52,705 bases of DNA from an uncultured Candidatus Saccharibacteria bacterium (lineage in GTDB: Bacteria; Patescibacteriota; Minisyncoccia; Portnoybacterales; UBA2143), in assembly GCA_964556655.1 (NCBI GenBank), contig CAZKWY010000003.1, positions 1 through 52,705 of the forward strand, written 5' to 3'. Every line of letters starts with the position of its first letter. Positions within the stretch are counted from its first letter, which is position 1. Shown in pieces: positions 7,864-17,504 of this stretch. Under the pieces are notes generated by a model. It worked only from the letters and a program-made list of their open reading frames with translations. It was not told the origin of the DNA and made no database searches. A program made the translations under genes and the position numbers.

Positions 7864-10373
7864 AGATATTTCTTTAAATATGAGCCGGTAATGCTTTTGG
7901 GCTTTCGAGCAACTTCTTCCGGCAATCCCTTGGCCACCAATCTTCCCCCTTTTTCGCCTCCTTCCGGCCCCAAATCGATAAGATAATCAGCTGATTTAAT
8001 AATATGCATATTATGCTCAATCACCAGTACGGTATTGCCACCTTCTACCAGCCGATTTAAAACCTTCAACAGCATTTCAATATCATAATAGTGCAAGCCC
8101 ACAGTAGGCTCGTCTAGGAGATAAAGCGTTCTTTTGCCCAGGCGATGAGTCAGCTCGCGGGCCAGCTTTATTCTTTGCGCCTCTCCGCCAGACAAAGTTG
8201 TCGCGCTTTGCCCCAGCCTAAGATAACCTAGGCCAACATCCTGCATTACTTTGACTTTATCCATAATATGTGGAATGTTTTTGAAGAATTTCCCTGCTTC
8301 GTCAATAGTCATTTCCAATACCTCATAAATATTCTTGTTTTTGTATCGAACTTGCAAAGTCTCGCGATTAAATCTTTTACCATGGCATACTTCGCATTCT
8401 ACTAATACGGGCGGCAAAAAATGCATTTCTACCAAATTGTACCCAGCGCCTCGACAAGCTTCGCATCGGCCGCCCGCCACGTTGAAAGAAAAGCGAGAAG
8501 CGCTGTACCCGCGAGCGCGTGAATCTTCTAGCAAAGAGAAAAAGTCTCTGATAGGAGTAAAAATGCCTGTATAGGTGGCTGGGTTAGAACGAGGAGTCCG
8601 ACCAATGGGAGATTGATCCACCATTACTATGCGGTGAAGATACTCTGAGCCCATAATTTTACCGACATCCTCTAGCTGCTCACCCATACGGGATTTAATC
8701 CTGCTGACATTTTTATAAAGTGTGTCATAAAGCAAGGAAGATTTGCCGCTTCCAGAAACGCCGGTCAGGCAAATCATCTTTCTCAAGGGCAAATCAACAT
8801 TAATATTTTTTAAATTATGCGCCCGAGCCCCTCTGATTTTCAAACGTTCCCTAACCCGAGTTCTTCTTTTAAAAGGAAGATTGATCCCTTTTTTCCCGAC
8901 TAAATAAGACAAAGTTAACGAAGAGCCTTCTTTTTTGCTTGCAATTTCTTTTTTCAAAAGAACATCCAGCCAATTGCTCGCCACCACCTTGCCTCCATTG
9001 ATTCCTGCCCAAGGGCCTAAATCAGTCAGATAATCAGCGGCCATGATGGTCCTTTCGTCATGTTCCACGACTACTACAGTATTTTGACTGTCTCTTAGAG
9101 ACTGCAAGGTTTTAATCAAACGAAGAGTGTCTCTCTCGTGAAGGCCTATAGTTGGCTCGTCTAAGACATAAAGAGTGTTGGATAAACGCGAGCCTATTTG
9201 GGAGGCCAGGCGGATTCTTTGCGCCTCCCCGCCCGATAAAGTCTCTGCCTCTCGATCCAAAGAAAGATATTCCAGACCGACAGCCAAAAGAAAATCTAAT
9301 CTTTCTTGAATCTCTTTTAGCACACTGCTAGCAATATTTTTTTCTCTTGAGGTCAGCTTTTTTTGGTATTCTTTAAAAAATATTGCGGCAGCCTCGATAG
9401 ACAAAGAAGTCAGCTCAGCAAGGTTTTTGCCGTTTATCTTTATGGATAAGGCCTCTTGCCTAAGTCTCTTGCCTAAGCAAGAAGGACAAGTGCTTTTAAG
9501 GAAAAGGTCGTCTTTGCCAAGCCCAGAGCAAGCAGCACAAGCGCCATAAGGACTGTTAAAAGAAAAAAGGCGCGGCTCTATTTCAGGAAAAGCAAAATTA
9601 TCCGTCGGACACGTCCATTTAGAAGAAAGAAGAAACTCTTTTTGCTTGCTTGTTTTTTCGTCAAGAATAACTGTTATCAACCCCTTGCCAAAGCTTAAGG
9701 CTGACTCTACTGCCTCTGAGAGGCGACTGACTTCTTCCGGCATAACCTTATCTATGGCCACCTCAATGGTATGGGGGCTATAACGCGGCAAAGAAATTTT
9801 CTCATGCAGAGAGCACCATTCTCCGTCAATTCTTGCTTCGTTATATCCTAAAGAAAGATAATTGTAGAGAAGCTGATAATATTCCCCTTTTCTGCCCCTG
9901 ACAACAGGCGCCAAAATAGCAATCGCTTTGCTCTTGCTTTTTTTAGCCTCTGCTAAAATAATGTCAGCCATTTCATCAAGCGAAAGCCTCTTAATCCTTT
10001 GTCCGCATTCAGGGCAAAAAACCTCTCCTAAACGAGCGTACAACACTCGCAGATAATCATAGATCTCCGTTAGCGTTCCCACGGTAGAACGAGGATTACG
10101 AGAAAGCGCTCTTTGATCAATGGCAATAGCTGGTGAAAGACCGTTAATCTCGTCCACATCAGCCCTTTTCATTTCTCCCAAAAACTGCCGCGCGTAAGGA
10201 GAAAGCGATTCAATATATCGACGCTGGCCCTCGGCAAAAATGGTATCAAAAGCCAAGGAAGACTTGCCGCTTCCAGAAACGCCAGTTAAGACAATAATTT
10301 TATTTTTGGGCAAGGATAAATTTATGTTTTTAAGATTATGAACTCTCGCCCCTTTGATTTTAATTTCATCCAT
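7860..10373 (-). CDS. uvrA: Excinuclease ABC subunit A
   Basis: Two GVSGSGKSS Walker A motifs, two LSGGEAQR signatures, zinc fingers. Confidence 0.97.
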   Translation of the reverse strand: MDEIKIKGARVHNLKNINLSLPKNKIIVLTGVSGSGKSSLAFDTIFAEGQRRYIESLSPYARQFLGEMKRADVDEINGLSPAIAIDQRALSRNPRSTVGTLTEIYDYLRVLYARLGEVFCPECGQRIKRLSLDEMADIILAEAKKSKSKAIAILAPVVRGRKGEYYQLLYNYLSLGYNEARIDGEWCSLHEKISLPRYSPHTIEVAIDKVMPEEVSRLSEAVESALSFGKGLITVILDEKTSKQKEFLLSSKWTCPTDNFAFPEIEPRLFSFNSPYGACAACSGLGKDDLFLKSTCPSCLGKRLRQEALSIKINGKNLAELTSLSIEAAAIFFKEYQKKLTSREKNIASSVLKEIQERLDFLLAVGLEYLSLDREAETLSGGEAQRIRLASQIGSRLSNTLYVLDEPTIGLHERDTLRLIKTLQSLRDSQNTVVVVEHDERTIMAADYLTDLGPWAGINGGKVVASNWLDVLLKKEIASKKEGSSLTLSYLVGKKGINLPFKRRTRVRERLKIRGARAHNLKNINVDLPLRKMICLTGVSGSGKSSLLYDTLYKNVSRIKSRMGEQLEDVGKIMGSEYLHRIVMVDQSPIGRTPRSNPATYTGIFTPIRDFFSLLEDSRARGYSASRFSFNVAGGRCEACRGAGYNLVEMHFLPPVLVECEVCHGKRFNRETLQVRYKNKNIYEVLEMTIDEAGKFFKNIPHIMDKVKVMQDVGLGYLRLGQSATTLSGGEAQRIKLARELTHRLGKRTLYLLDEPTVGLHYYDIEMLLKVLNRLVEGGNTVLVIEHNMHIIKSADYLIDLGPEGGEKGGRLVAKGLPEEVARKPKSITGSYLKKYL

Positions 10374-10376
10374 AAA

Positions 10377-12233
10377 TTATTCCTGATTAACATCAATAAA
10401 TTGTTCTATTTTCTTTTGAATGCCTTTTGGCTTAATGCCATGTTTTTTATTATACGCCATTTGCTTCTCGCGCCTTCTTTCCGCCTCGCTGATAGCCCTT
10501 TTCATAGAGCCGGTAACCTCATCAGCATAAAGAATAACTTTTCCGCGCAAATGACGCGCCGCTCGCCCCATGGTTTGAATTAGAGAAGTCTCGTTTCTTA
10601 AAAAACCCTCTCTGTCCGCATCTAAAATAGCGACCAGACTGACCTCGGGCAGATCTAGACCTTCGCGCAAAAGATTAACACCAATTAAAACATCAAACTT
10701 TCCCTTCCTGAAGTCCGTCAATATTTCAGTTCTTTTAAGAGTGTGAATTTCAGAATGAAGATAATTTACTTTCAGCTTTTTATTTTTTAAAAAACTGCAC
10801 AAATCCTCGGCCATCTTTTTAGTAAGCGTATTAACAATAGCCCGTTCGCTTGATTGGATAATTTTTTCCAGCTCTCCGATAAGATCATCCACTTGACTAA
10901 TAGGACGTTTTTTGCCACAACTGCTTTCCTGGGAGCGTCTGAAAATAGGGCGCACCTCGATAGGCGGATCAACTAAGCCCGTCGGACGAATAATCTGCTC
11001 TACTACTGCTTGTGAATGCCCTAGCTCCCACTTGCCCGGCGTAGCCGAAGTAAAGAGCATCGGACCGACCCTTTTTAAAAATTCGTCAAATTTTAAAGGA
11101 CGGTTATCCAGCGCGGAAGGAAGACGCCAGCCGTATTGGATAAGAGCCTCCTTTCTTGCCCGATCGCCTTCATGCATTCCTCCTATTTGCGGCAAGGCGA
11201 TATGTGATTCGTCAACAATAGTCAAAAAGCGAGATCTATTCCCTTGGCAAGGAAAATAGGAAAGAAGAGTATCGGGCGCTTGGCCAGCTAACTTGCCTGT
11301 TAAATGACGAGAATAGTTTTCCACGCCATGACAATAGCCCAGACTGTCTATCATTTCCATGTCATAACGCGTTCGTCGTTCCAGCCGTTCCGCCTCTAGA
11401 TAAAGGCCGCGTTTTTTAAAATAAGCCAGCCTTTCCCGCAGTTCTTTCTTAATCTCACCAAGGGCTTGTTTGATTTGAGGAGCATGTGAAACAAAATGCT
11501 TAGGCGGGAAAATGACCAGCTCTTTCATTTGCTCATTGATTCTTCTAGTGACTGGGTCAATGGAAAAAATTTCTTTTATTTGCTGGTTGGCCAACTCTAG
11601 ACGGTAAATGTTTTTTTCCGAAGCCAGCATAATTTCAAAAACATCCCCCCGCACTCTAAAAAGTCCGCGTTTTAATTCGCCGTTAGTGCGAGCGAAGTTC
11701 ATTCTCGCCAGCTGCCTGATTAGATCTCCACGCATAGCCGATCTCTTTTCTTCTAAATGAAGAGCGGATTCCAAATAAGAAGCCGGCACGCCCAAGTTAT
11801 AGATACAAGAAACAGAAGCTATGATAATTACGTCCTTTCTTGTCAAAAGGGCATTGGTCGCCTGATGGCGCAACCGATCAATCTCTTCGTTGATCATCGC
11901 CTCTTTTTCAATATAGGTATCGGTGATAGGCAAATAAGCTTCGGGCTGATAATAGTCATAGTAAGAAACAAAATAGTTGACTGAGTTATGAGGGAAAAAA
12001 TTTTTGTATTCTCTATAGAGCTGCGCTGCTAAAGCTTTGTTAGGCGCGATAACTAAAACAGGCATTTTAAAATGTTTAATTACCGAAGCGACAGTAAAAG
12101 TTTTGCCAGAACCAGTCACGCCTAGCAAAGTCTGGCAAGGATAGCCCTTGTTTAATCCTTCTGCCAGCTGCTTAATAGCCCTAGGCTGATCGCCCTTGGG
12201 TTGATAATTGCTTTTTAAATCAAAAAGAGGCAT
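10377..12233 (-). CDS. uvrB: Excinuclease ABC subunit B
   Basis: GVTGSGKT, YYDYYQPEAY beta-hairpin, DESH, LREGLDLPEV, QTMGRAAR. Confidence 0.97.
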   Translation of the reverse strand: MPLFDLKSNYQPKGDQPRAIKQLAEGLNKGYPCQTLLGVTGSGKTFTVASVIKHFKMPVLVIAPNKALAAQLYREYKNFFPHNSVNYFVSYYDYYQPEAYLPITDTYIEKEAMINEEIDRLRHQATNALLTRKDVIIIASVSCIYNLGVPASYLESALHLEEKRSAMRGDLIRQLARMNFARTNGELKRGLFRVRGDVFEIMLASEKNIYRLELANQQIKEIFSIDPVTRRINEQMKELVIFPPKHFVSHAPQIKQALGEIKKELRERLAYFKKRGLYLEAERLERRTRYDMEMIDSLGYCHGVENYSRHLTGKLAGQAPDTLLSYFPCQGNRSRFLTIVDESHIALPQIGGMHEGDRARKEALIQYGWRLPSALDNRPLKFDEFLKRVGPMLFTSATPGKWELGHSQAVVEQIIRPTGLVDPPIEVRPIFRRSQESSCGKKRPISQVDDLIGELEKIIQSSERAIVNTLTKKMAEDLCSFLKNKKLKVNYLHSEIHTLKRTEILTDFRKGKFDVLIGVNLLREGLDLPEVSLVAILDADREGFLRNETSLIQTMGRAARHLRGKVILYADEVTGSMKRAISEAERRREKQMAYNKKHGIKPKGIQKKIEQFIDVNQE

Positions 12234-12395
12234 TGATTGATTGCCTGCCAGACGAAAAAAGTCCCCTTTTTAATTTCTCTAGGGGGTATCGTCTGGATTC
12301 TTATAATTATTATTTTTATTTTACTTCAATTCTAAGCCAAAAGCAAATACAGTTCTTGTCTCGCTAAATCTATCTATAAATTTAGAAAGATTTTA

Positions 12396-12424
12396 TTGAC
12401 TTTATTTAAAAAGAAAAATAGAAT
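12396..12424 (+). promoter_or_regulatory. Sigma70-type promoter
   Basis: TTGACT-17 nt-TAGAAT, divergent from uvrB. Confidence 0.65.
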
Positions 12425-12581
12425 TTCAATAATAATCGCCTTATAAGTGATTTAGCTATGGTCGAATGCCGCCTTTGCAAGTTTTTCTTTTTTTTCTATC
12501 AGGAGTCAGAAGGCATTCTGGTAAAAAGAGAGGAAAGACTGCGGCTTAAGTCCTTTAAAAAACTGACGAAGGAAGCATGAG

Positions 12582-12959
12582 ATGAGAAAGAAGTCGAACA
12601 ATAAGCACACATGGAATTTTTTTAAAAGATGCAAAAAGATTAAGAAAGCAAGACAGGGAGATATTTTTTATGAGACCAGTCAAGTCCCTCTTCAAAAGCA
12701 ACAGATAGAAAAAATTATTATTAACAAAAGAAAAATTACGGAGCTAGAGGAAAAGGCAAGAAAACTTCGCAAGGAAAATAAAATTTTTTTAATCATCGTA
12801 GCCGAAAGCATGGCGAAAGACCCTAAAAATCCATTTACGTTTAAAAGCGTTGCTAGAAGATGTAAAGAAATGGGATTAAGCATATGGCCTTTCTTTTACG
12901 GAAAAGGCAGAATCTTCAAAGGATTTCGGGGTCTGACAGAAAGAACCAACAACAAATAA
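12582..12959 (+). CDS. Hypothetical lysine-rich protein
   Basis: 125-aa ORF between a promoter/leader and a terminator; no recognisable motif. Confidence 0.45.
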   Translation: MRKKSNNKHTWNFFKRCKKIKKARQGDIFYETSQVPLQKQQIEKIIINKRKITELEEKARKLRKENKIFLIIVAESMAKDPKNPFTFKSVARRCKEMGLSIWPFFYGKGRIFKGFRGLTERTNNK

Positions 12960-12975
12960 CTCGCACTTTCTCAAT

Positions 12976-13001
12976 GAGCGCCAAAAAAAGGCGCTCTTTT
13001 T
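12976..13001 (+). terminator. Intrinsic terminator
   Basis: GAGCGCC-A7-GGCGCTC followed by a T run, between convergent genes. Confidence 0.7.
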
Positions 13002-13506
13002 ATTTGGCAATAAACCGCCAGGGCCAATCAGCGCATTCTCCGGCATAATCAATGCCAATTCTTTTATCAGAAACAATATTACGCTTTGCTCCTCTATCTT
13101 CAACCCACAAAATATTTCCTGTTAAAGAAATTCCGTTATGAGCTTCTTTCTTTATTTTAAACTCTCGGCAAAGCTTGCCCGGCCCATCAGCTTTAGGATA
13201 ATCCAAAGCCCTAATCAAAACAGCCGAAGGATAGCCCTCTTTTTCGGTTACTAAATTGAGACAATGATAGAGGCCATAGATAAGATATACATAGACGATA
13301 CCGCCCCGTTTAAACATAACCTTATTTCTTTCGGTCATTCTTTTCGACCCGTGACAGGCTAGATCGCTAAACCCGGCATAAGCCTCTGTTTCTATAATCG
13401 GCGCTTGATAAATTTTACCTTGGCATTGATGTACTAAAAACTTGCCGATTAAGCCTTCGGCTACTTCTGGAGTTGGCCTTAGATAGAAATCTTGCTTTAG
13501 CTTCAT
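13000..13506 (-). CDS. DNA-3-methyladenine glycosylase (AAG/MPG family)
   Basis: IIETEAY, YVYLIYG..HCLN, AVLIRA, GPGKLC, RIGI, WPWRF. Confidence 0.92.
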   Translation of the reverse strand: MKLKQDFYLRPTPEVAEGLIGKFLVHQCQGKIYQAPIIETEAYAGFSDLACHGSKRMTERNKVMFKRGGIVYVYLIYGLYHCLNLVTEKEGYPSAVLIRALDYPKADGPGKLCREFKIKKEAHNGISLTGNILWVEDRGAKRNIVSDKRIGIDYAGECADWPWRFIAK

Positions 13507-13507
13507 C

Positions 13508-14302
13508 TTATTTTTCTACTATAATCATTATTTTTTTAATTGATGTAATAGGCTTATGATAGCCAGTAGGATAATCGCGGATAGCGCTATGCAAAATTTC
13601 CTCTGGATAACGATAGCCCTCGCCCTTTCCCACCCCCGGATCGTTGGTAATAAATTCTTTTGTTTTATAATCATATCCTTTAATGACTAGGTTGTGCCTT
13701 TCTGGCCCCGGCTGAGTAAAATATGGATTATTTAATGCGCGGCCATTGACCGGAACAATTATCGCCCTTCCCTTTTTAAGCTCGCCTATTATATCGCTAA
13801 TGCTAATCCCCTTCTTTAAAAAAGCGCTATGATGATCAAAATATCCCCCTATCAATCGTTCCAGAGTATCTTCGACAGAAGTATCGCGCGCTTCCCCGTA
13901 GTTTTTTTCTTGGTAGCGAGCCATTGCTATGATTTCTTGCCTGGCAATATCCCTATTCAATTCCTTATCCCAAGCCCAATAGACTGACATTAAAACAACG
14001 GCTTCTTCGCAGCCATCTTGAAAAATTGGGTTATCCCATTCTGAAAAAGGCGCTTGCACAATAAAAGGAATTTCTAGAGTAGCTATTTCTTGATTGAAGG
14101 GCTGGTCTTTTTCTGCCTCTTCGGCCAAAGGAAGACTGTCGTTCTCTGCTTCAGCTTGATGTCTTTTTTTTGCCTCTTCTTCTGTCAAGCCAACGAACCT
14201 CTGCTGGCTAATTTCTGAGTCTGTTGATTCTTCAAAAGAAAAAAAGAAGCTAATTGCTCCCCAAAAAATCAAAACCGCCAGTAAAATAAAAAACTTTTTC
14301 AT
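13508..14302 (-). CDS. Membrane-anchored C39-like cysteine peptidase
   Basis: N-terminal TM; PF..QAP, GCEEA (Cys), H.LVIKGYD, NDPG. Confidence 0.8.
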   Translation of the reverse strand: MKKFFILLAVLIFWGAISFFFSFEESTDSEISQQRFVGLTEEEAKKRHQAEAENDSLPLAEEAEKDQPFNQEIATLEIPFIVQAPFSEWDNPIFQDGCEEAVVLMSVYWAWDKELNRDIARQEIIAMARYQEKNYGEARDTSVEDTLERLIGGYFDHHSAFLKKGISISDIIGELKKGRAIIVPVNGRALNNPYFTQPGPERHNLVIKGYDYKTKEFITNDPGVGKGEGYRYPEEILHSAIRDYPTGYHKPITSIKKIMIIVEK

Positions 14303-14332
14303 ATTTTCATTATGCCAAATCCTCCCAAAATT

Positions 14333-14347
14333 CCAAGGACTGTCCTT
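14333..14347. repeat. Monomer of the GACWGTC palindromic repeat family
   Basis: CCAAGGACTGTCCTT, intergenic. Confidence 0.7.
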
Positions 14348-14414
14348 AGCCCTTGAAAGAAAAACCCGTCGAGTGAACGGATTTTTTAAAAATCAAACAA
14401 GTTGTTACAAGTTG

Positions 14415-14937
14415 TTAAAGGTCGTATTCATTGGCGGCCACGGCAACAATGTTCACGTTTTCAGGAAGACGGCGAAAATAGTCCACCGCTTCCAATGATT
14501 TTTCGTCTAAAAAGCCGCTTTCTCGCCGTAAAAAACAATACGCGACAAACCGAGCAGATTGACTTTCGTGACCAAAAAGCTCTACTAAAACCTCGCGAAA
14601 AGACTTATCTTGAGAATCGATAAAAGCCTTTCCAATGGCATTAACCAAAGCCCCTATTAGGAGGGCCAAAGCAAAAAACGCGCCCGTTGCGACATTCAGA
14701 AGTCTTTCCCTCTATTATCCTTTCCATCATTTCATGAGCATCTGCCTGCACGCCAATACTTCCATCGGGTGGCATTAACTCAATCTCTCGCCAAACCACC
14801 AAATCATATTCTTTCCCATTTTTTTCTATCTTGCCATCATCTGCCTTAACGGGATACCGCGCATATTATTTATGCCACTCATATTTATTTTTTTTTAATT
14901 TTATTAGCCATCTCATAGTTTTTTCAATTTGTTTCAT
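14415..14937 (-). pseudogene. Fragmentary hypothetical ORF remnants
   Basis: Frame 14937-14641 has one internal TAA (MKQIEK...HK*YARYPVK...) and overlaps a second start-less frame ending at 14415. Confidence 0.3.
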
Positions 14938-14948
14938 GCTTATTAATT

Positions 14949-15672
14949 TTACTTCTTTAAAATTTCTATCTCTTTCTTTAGCTGGTCTATAACATTGCTA
15001 AATTCCATGCTTTCAAAAGCCTTCGGACAAAGTTCAAAACACAAATCTGCTTTTTTATTTTCTAAAAACATTGTAAAAGTATTGGGATCATTCGTAACAG
15101 AAAGATGATCATCTGTCCCGTTCCACCATGAAACATGGAACTGGCGAATATTATTTAGGCTATCTATTAATTTTCTGACTTTTTCATAATCAATCGATCT
15201 TAAAGCATGAGCAATATCAAAACAGAGACCTGGAAATGTATCTAGATTGTCATAACCAACAATGGGGTCAGGCTTTTTTCGGTATAGTGAATATTCTCAA
15301 TAAGAGCTAATGGATATCTGCCAGTTGCATTAAGTGAAATTTTATTGAACAAATTTTTATATGCTAACGAAGCATCTTTTCTTGGAATATGAACAATGAT
15401 ATACTTTGCCCCTATCTCCTTTGCGAGATTATAAATTCTTTCATAATCATCCGGATTATCGCTAAGACCGAAATGGCTATGGACAGAATTAATTTTAACT
15501 TTATATTTTTTTCTAAGCCTTTAAGGTATTCTATATCCCAGCTGTCCCAGTAGGCATTGTCCCCTTCATTCCTTAGCATCAATTCAACGCCATCAAAACC
15601 AGCTAAACTAGCCGCTCTAAAAATGCGGCCTAAGGAATAGGGATATAAACTTCCTGTTGATAATGTAATCAT
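14949..15672 (-). pseudogene. Sugar phosphate isomerase/epimerase (xylose isomerase-like TIM barrel), two frameshifts
   Basis: AGFDGVEL / NSVHSHF...IIVH...LIEN / LCFDIAHA...FHVS...DH...FEL are recovered across three frames; both breaks lie in A runs. Confidence 0.8.
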
Positions 15673-16151
15673 GAAGCGAATTGCTGTTTAACCTTTTTTT
15701 CAGGCAATTCCAATATAGATAATGCTTTGACAAAATTTTTCTCAAAGTTTTTCAAATCATATTTTTTCGCAGTTCTAGTTATAAAATTGCGAAAGCGTCT
15801 TGTCATTAATCCATTTGTCAAAACTTTATATGTGCCTTCTTCTGTCACTCTTATTTTAATTTTGTTGTCTCTAGTAAAATCAATTACTTTCTGAATGTCC
15901 TTATAATTCTTTTCTGTGAGAACTGAATTAATACTAATTTCTATGTTCGCTTCTTTTAGTTGCTCAATATGTTTTTTGATTTTTTCAAATGTTAAGCCGC
16001 ATGGAGATTGTTTGGAAATCATATTTGGTTCAGCTCTATCAAGTCCAACGGTGATATCAAGATTTTTTACTTTTAAAAATGTCTTGATGTGCTTAGGCAT
16101 GAGTATCCCACTTGTGCAAACATCAATCTTTTTCAATCCGAGAGTAGCTGA
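15669..16151 (-). pseudogene. 5'-truncated radical SAM-like protein
   Basis: VCTSG, ITVGLD, ISINSVLTEKN core strands, but no CxxxCxxC; the frame begins at the IS30 end. Confidence 0.6.
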
Positions 16152-16737
16152 ATTCAACCCCTAAGCGCGACACTGAAGGCTTCCAGGGGGGTTTTGTATT
16201 CGAGCAGTTTTCTCGGTCTGCTGTTTAATTCCTGTTCTACTCTCCTAATCTCTCTATTGGGCATTTTAGTAAAATCAGTTCTCTTTGGGAAGTATTCCCT
16301 GATTAAGCCATTGGTGTTTTCATTAGTTCACCTTTCCCATAAGTGATAAGGATTACAGAAAAAGGTAATTGTCTGTCTGGCTTTCAAATAAAGATATTCT
16401 AATTTCTTAACAATGGCTGTTGTGGTAGATCTGCTGGTCTTGTCATTTAATTTGGAGATAAAGACCATTCCGGTTTGTCTTTCGACCAAAGTATTGATTC
16501 CCGGTTTGTTTTCTCTTGATTCAACACTGTCCGATTCCCAGTCGCCGACTCTTCGTCCTTTTTCCACAATATCCGGTCTTTGCTCAATAAAAGCCTCTTT
16601 TGGCTTAAATACTCGTTGGCAGCGCCTGGCGCCCTTCCTGATTCTTCTTTTTCTCTTTCTTCTATGGTTAAATGTTTGTATTTCATGCACTTTGATAATA
16701 CCTCATTTTATCAAAGTGTTGCGCTTACTTATTGAGC
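16152..16737 (-). mobile_element. IS30-family element, internally deleted (non-autonomous remnant)
   Basis: MKYKHLTIEERE, IEQRP..V..RVGDWESD, TLVER, PY..WER*TNENTNGLIREYFPK, LN.RPRK.L.YKTP; imperfect terminal IRs 16152-16174 and 16715-16737 (TCAA....TAAGCGC.ACACT). Confidence 0.9.
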
Positions 16738-16747
16738 TAAAGATCTG

Positions 16748-16792
16748 CCAAGGACTGTCATTCTAGGACTGTCCTTTTTTGACAGTCCTTGG
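16748..16792. repeat. Triplet copy of the GACWGTC palindromic repeat
   Basis: CCAAGGACTGTCA...TGACAGTCCTTGG 13-bp arms; cores at 16753, 16767, 16781. Confidence 0.85.
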
Positions 16793-16795
16793 AGG

Positions 16796-17392
16796 CTATT
16801 TGAAGAAGATGGGAATTTCTAGAGCATCATCGTTTTCAGGCAATCCTGAAGGATTATCTTTGCGCAAGATTAAAAATCCTCGGTCATAGAATTCAGGCTT
16901 CTCAAATTCAAGATCAAGATAGAGTTCAGGCCTCTCAAACTCAAGCTCACATTCAAATTCTACAAAATCTTCTGTCATCCAATCTCCTTGGGCAGTAGCA
17001 TATCTCTCCGCAATGATTAACCCGTCCCAATTTGTCAAAACCACAGGGAAATCGCCTTCAAAAAACCATGTTCCTCTGGCTTCTCCTTCTACCTTTAGCG
17101 GACTTTCTATCTCTTGATCAGGCCTTGGATGATCAAGTCTGATCAAATCGCTTTTTTCTATTTCGTTGCCAATTTCTTCAATGAACATCTTGCCATTAGG
17201 GTCTTGGCATTTTCTTGGACGGGTCTCCACAACTGGATAACCTGCCTCAACGCATTCTGAAAAATTTTCAATTTTTGACTTTTCCTCCAATGGCGCGTTC
17301 TCTTTTTCTTCTTCTTCAAAAAAGATAAAAAAAGTTATTCCGACAGCAAGCGCTACAATAATCGAAATTACAATTATAGTTTGTTTGGTCAT
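16796..17392 (-). CDS. Membrane-anchored Gmad2 immunoglobulin-like domain protein
   Basis: N-terminal TM; NF.EC..AG.P....PR.C; SPL.V.GEARG.WFFEG.FPV; DNPSGLPEND. Confidence 0.8.
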   Translation of the reverse strand: MTKQTIIVISIIVALAVGITFFIFFEEEEKENAPLEEKSKIENFSECVEAGYPVVETRPRKCQDPNGKMFIEEIGNEIEKSDLIRLDHPRPDQEIESPLKVEGEARGTWFFEGDFPVVLTNWDGLIIAERYATAQGDWMTEDFVEFECELEFERPELYLDLEFEKPEFYDRGFLILRKDNPSGLPENDDALEIPIFFK

Positions 17393-17504
17393 ATTTTTAT
17401 TATAGAATTATTTTATATAATCTAAAAATTATCCACAAAACGAAATCCCTTTATATATAATATAATATCAGAAACAAGGAGGAAAAGAAAGGGGGTGAGA
17501 AAAA

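Noticed and set aside
16748-16792. GACWGTC triplets as a mini-CRISPR or simple terminators
   Set aside because: Units are contiguous with no unique spacers, lack consistent T tails, and occur inside CDSs
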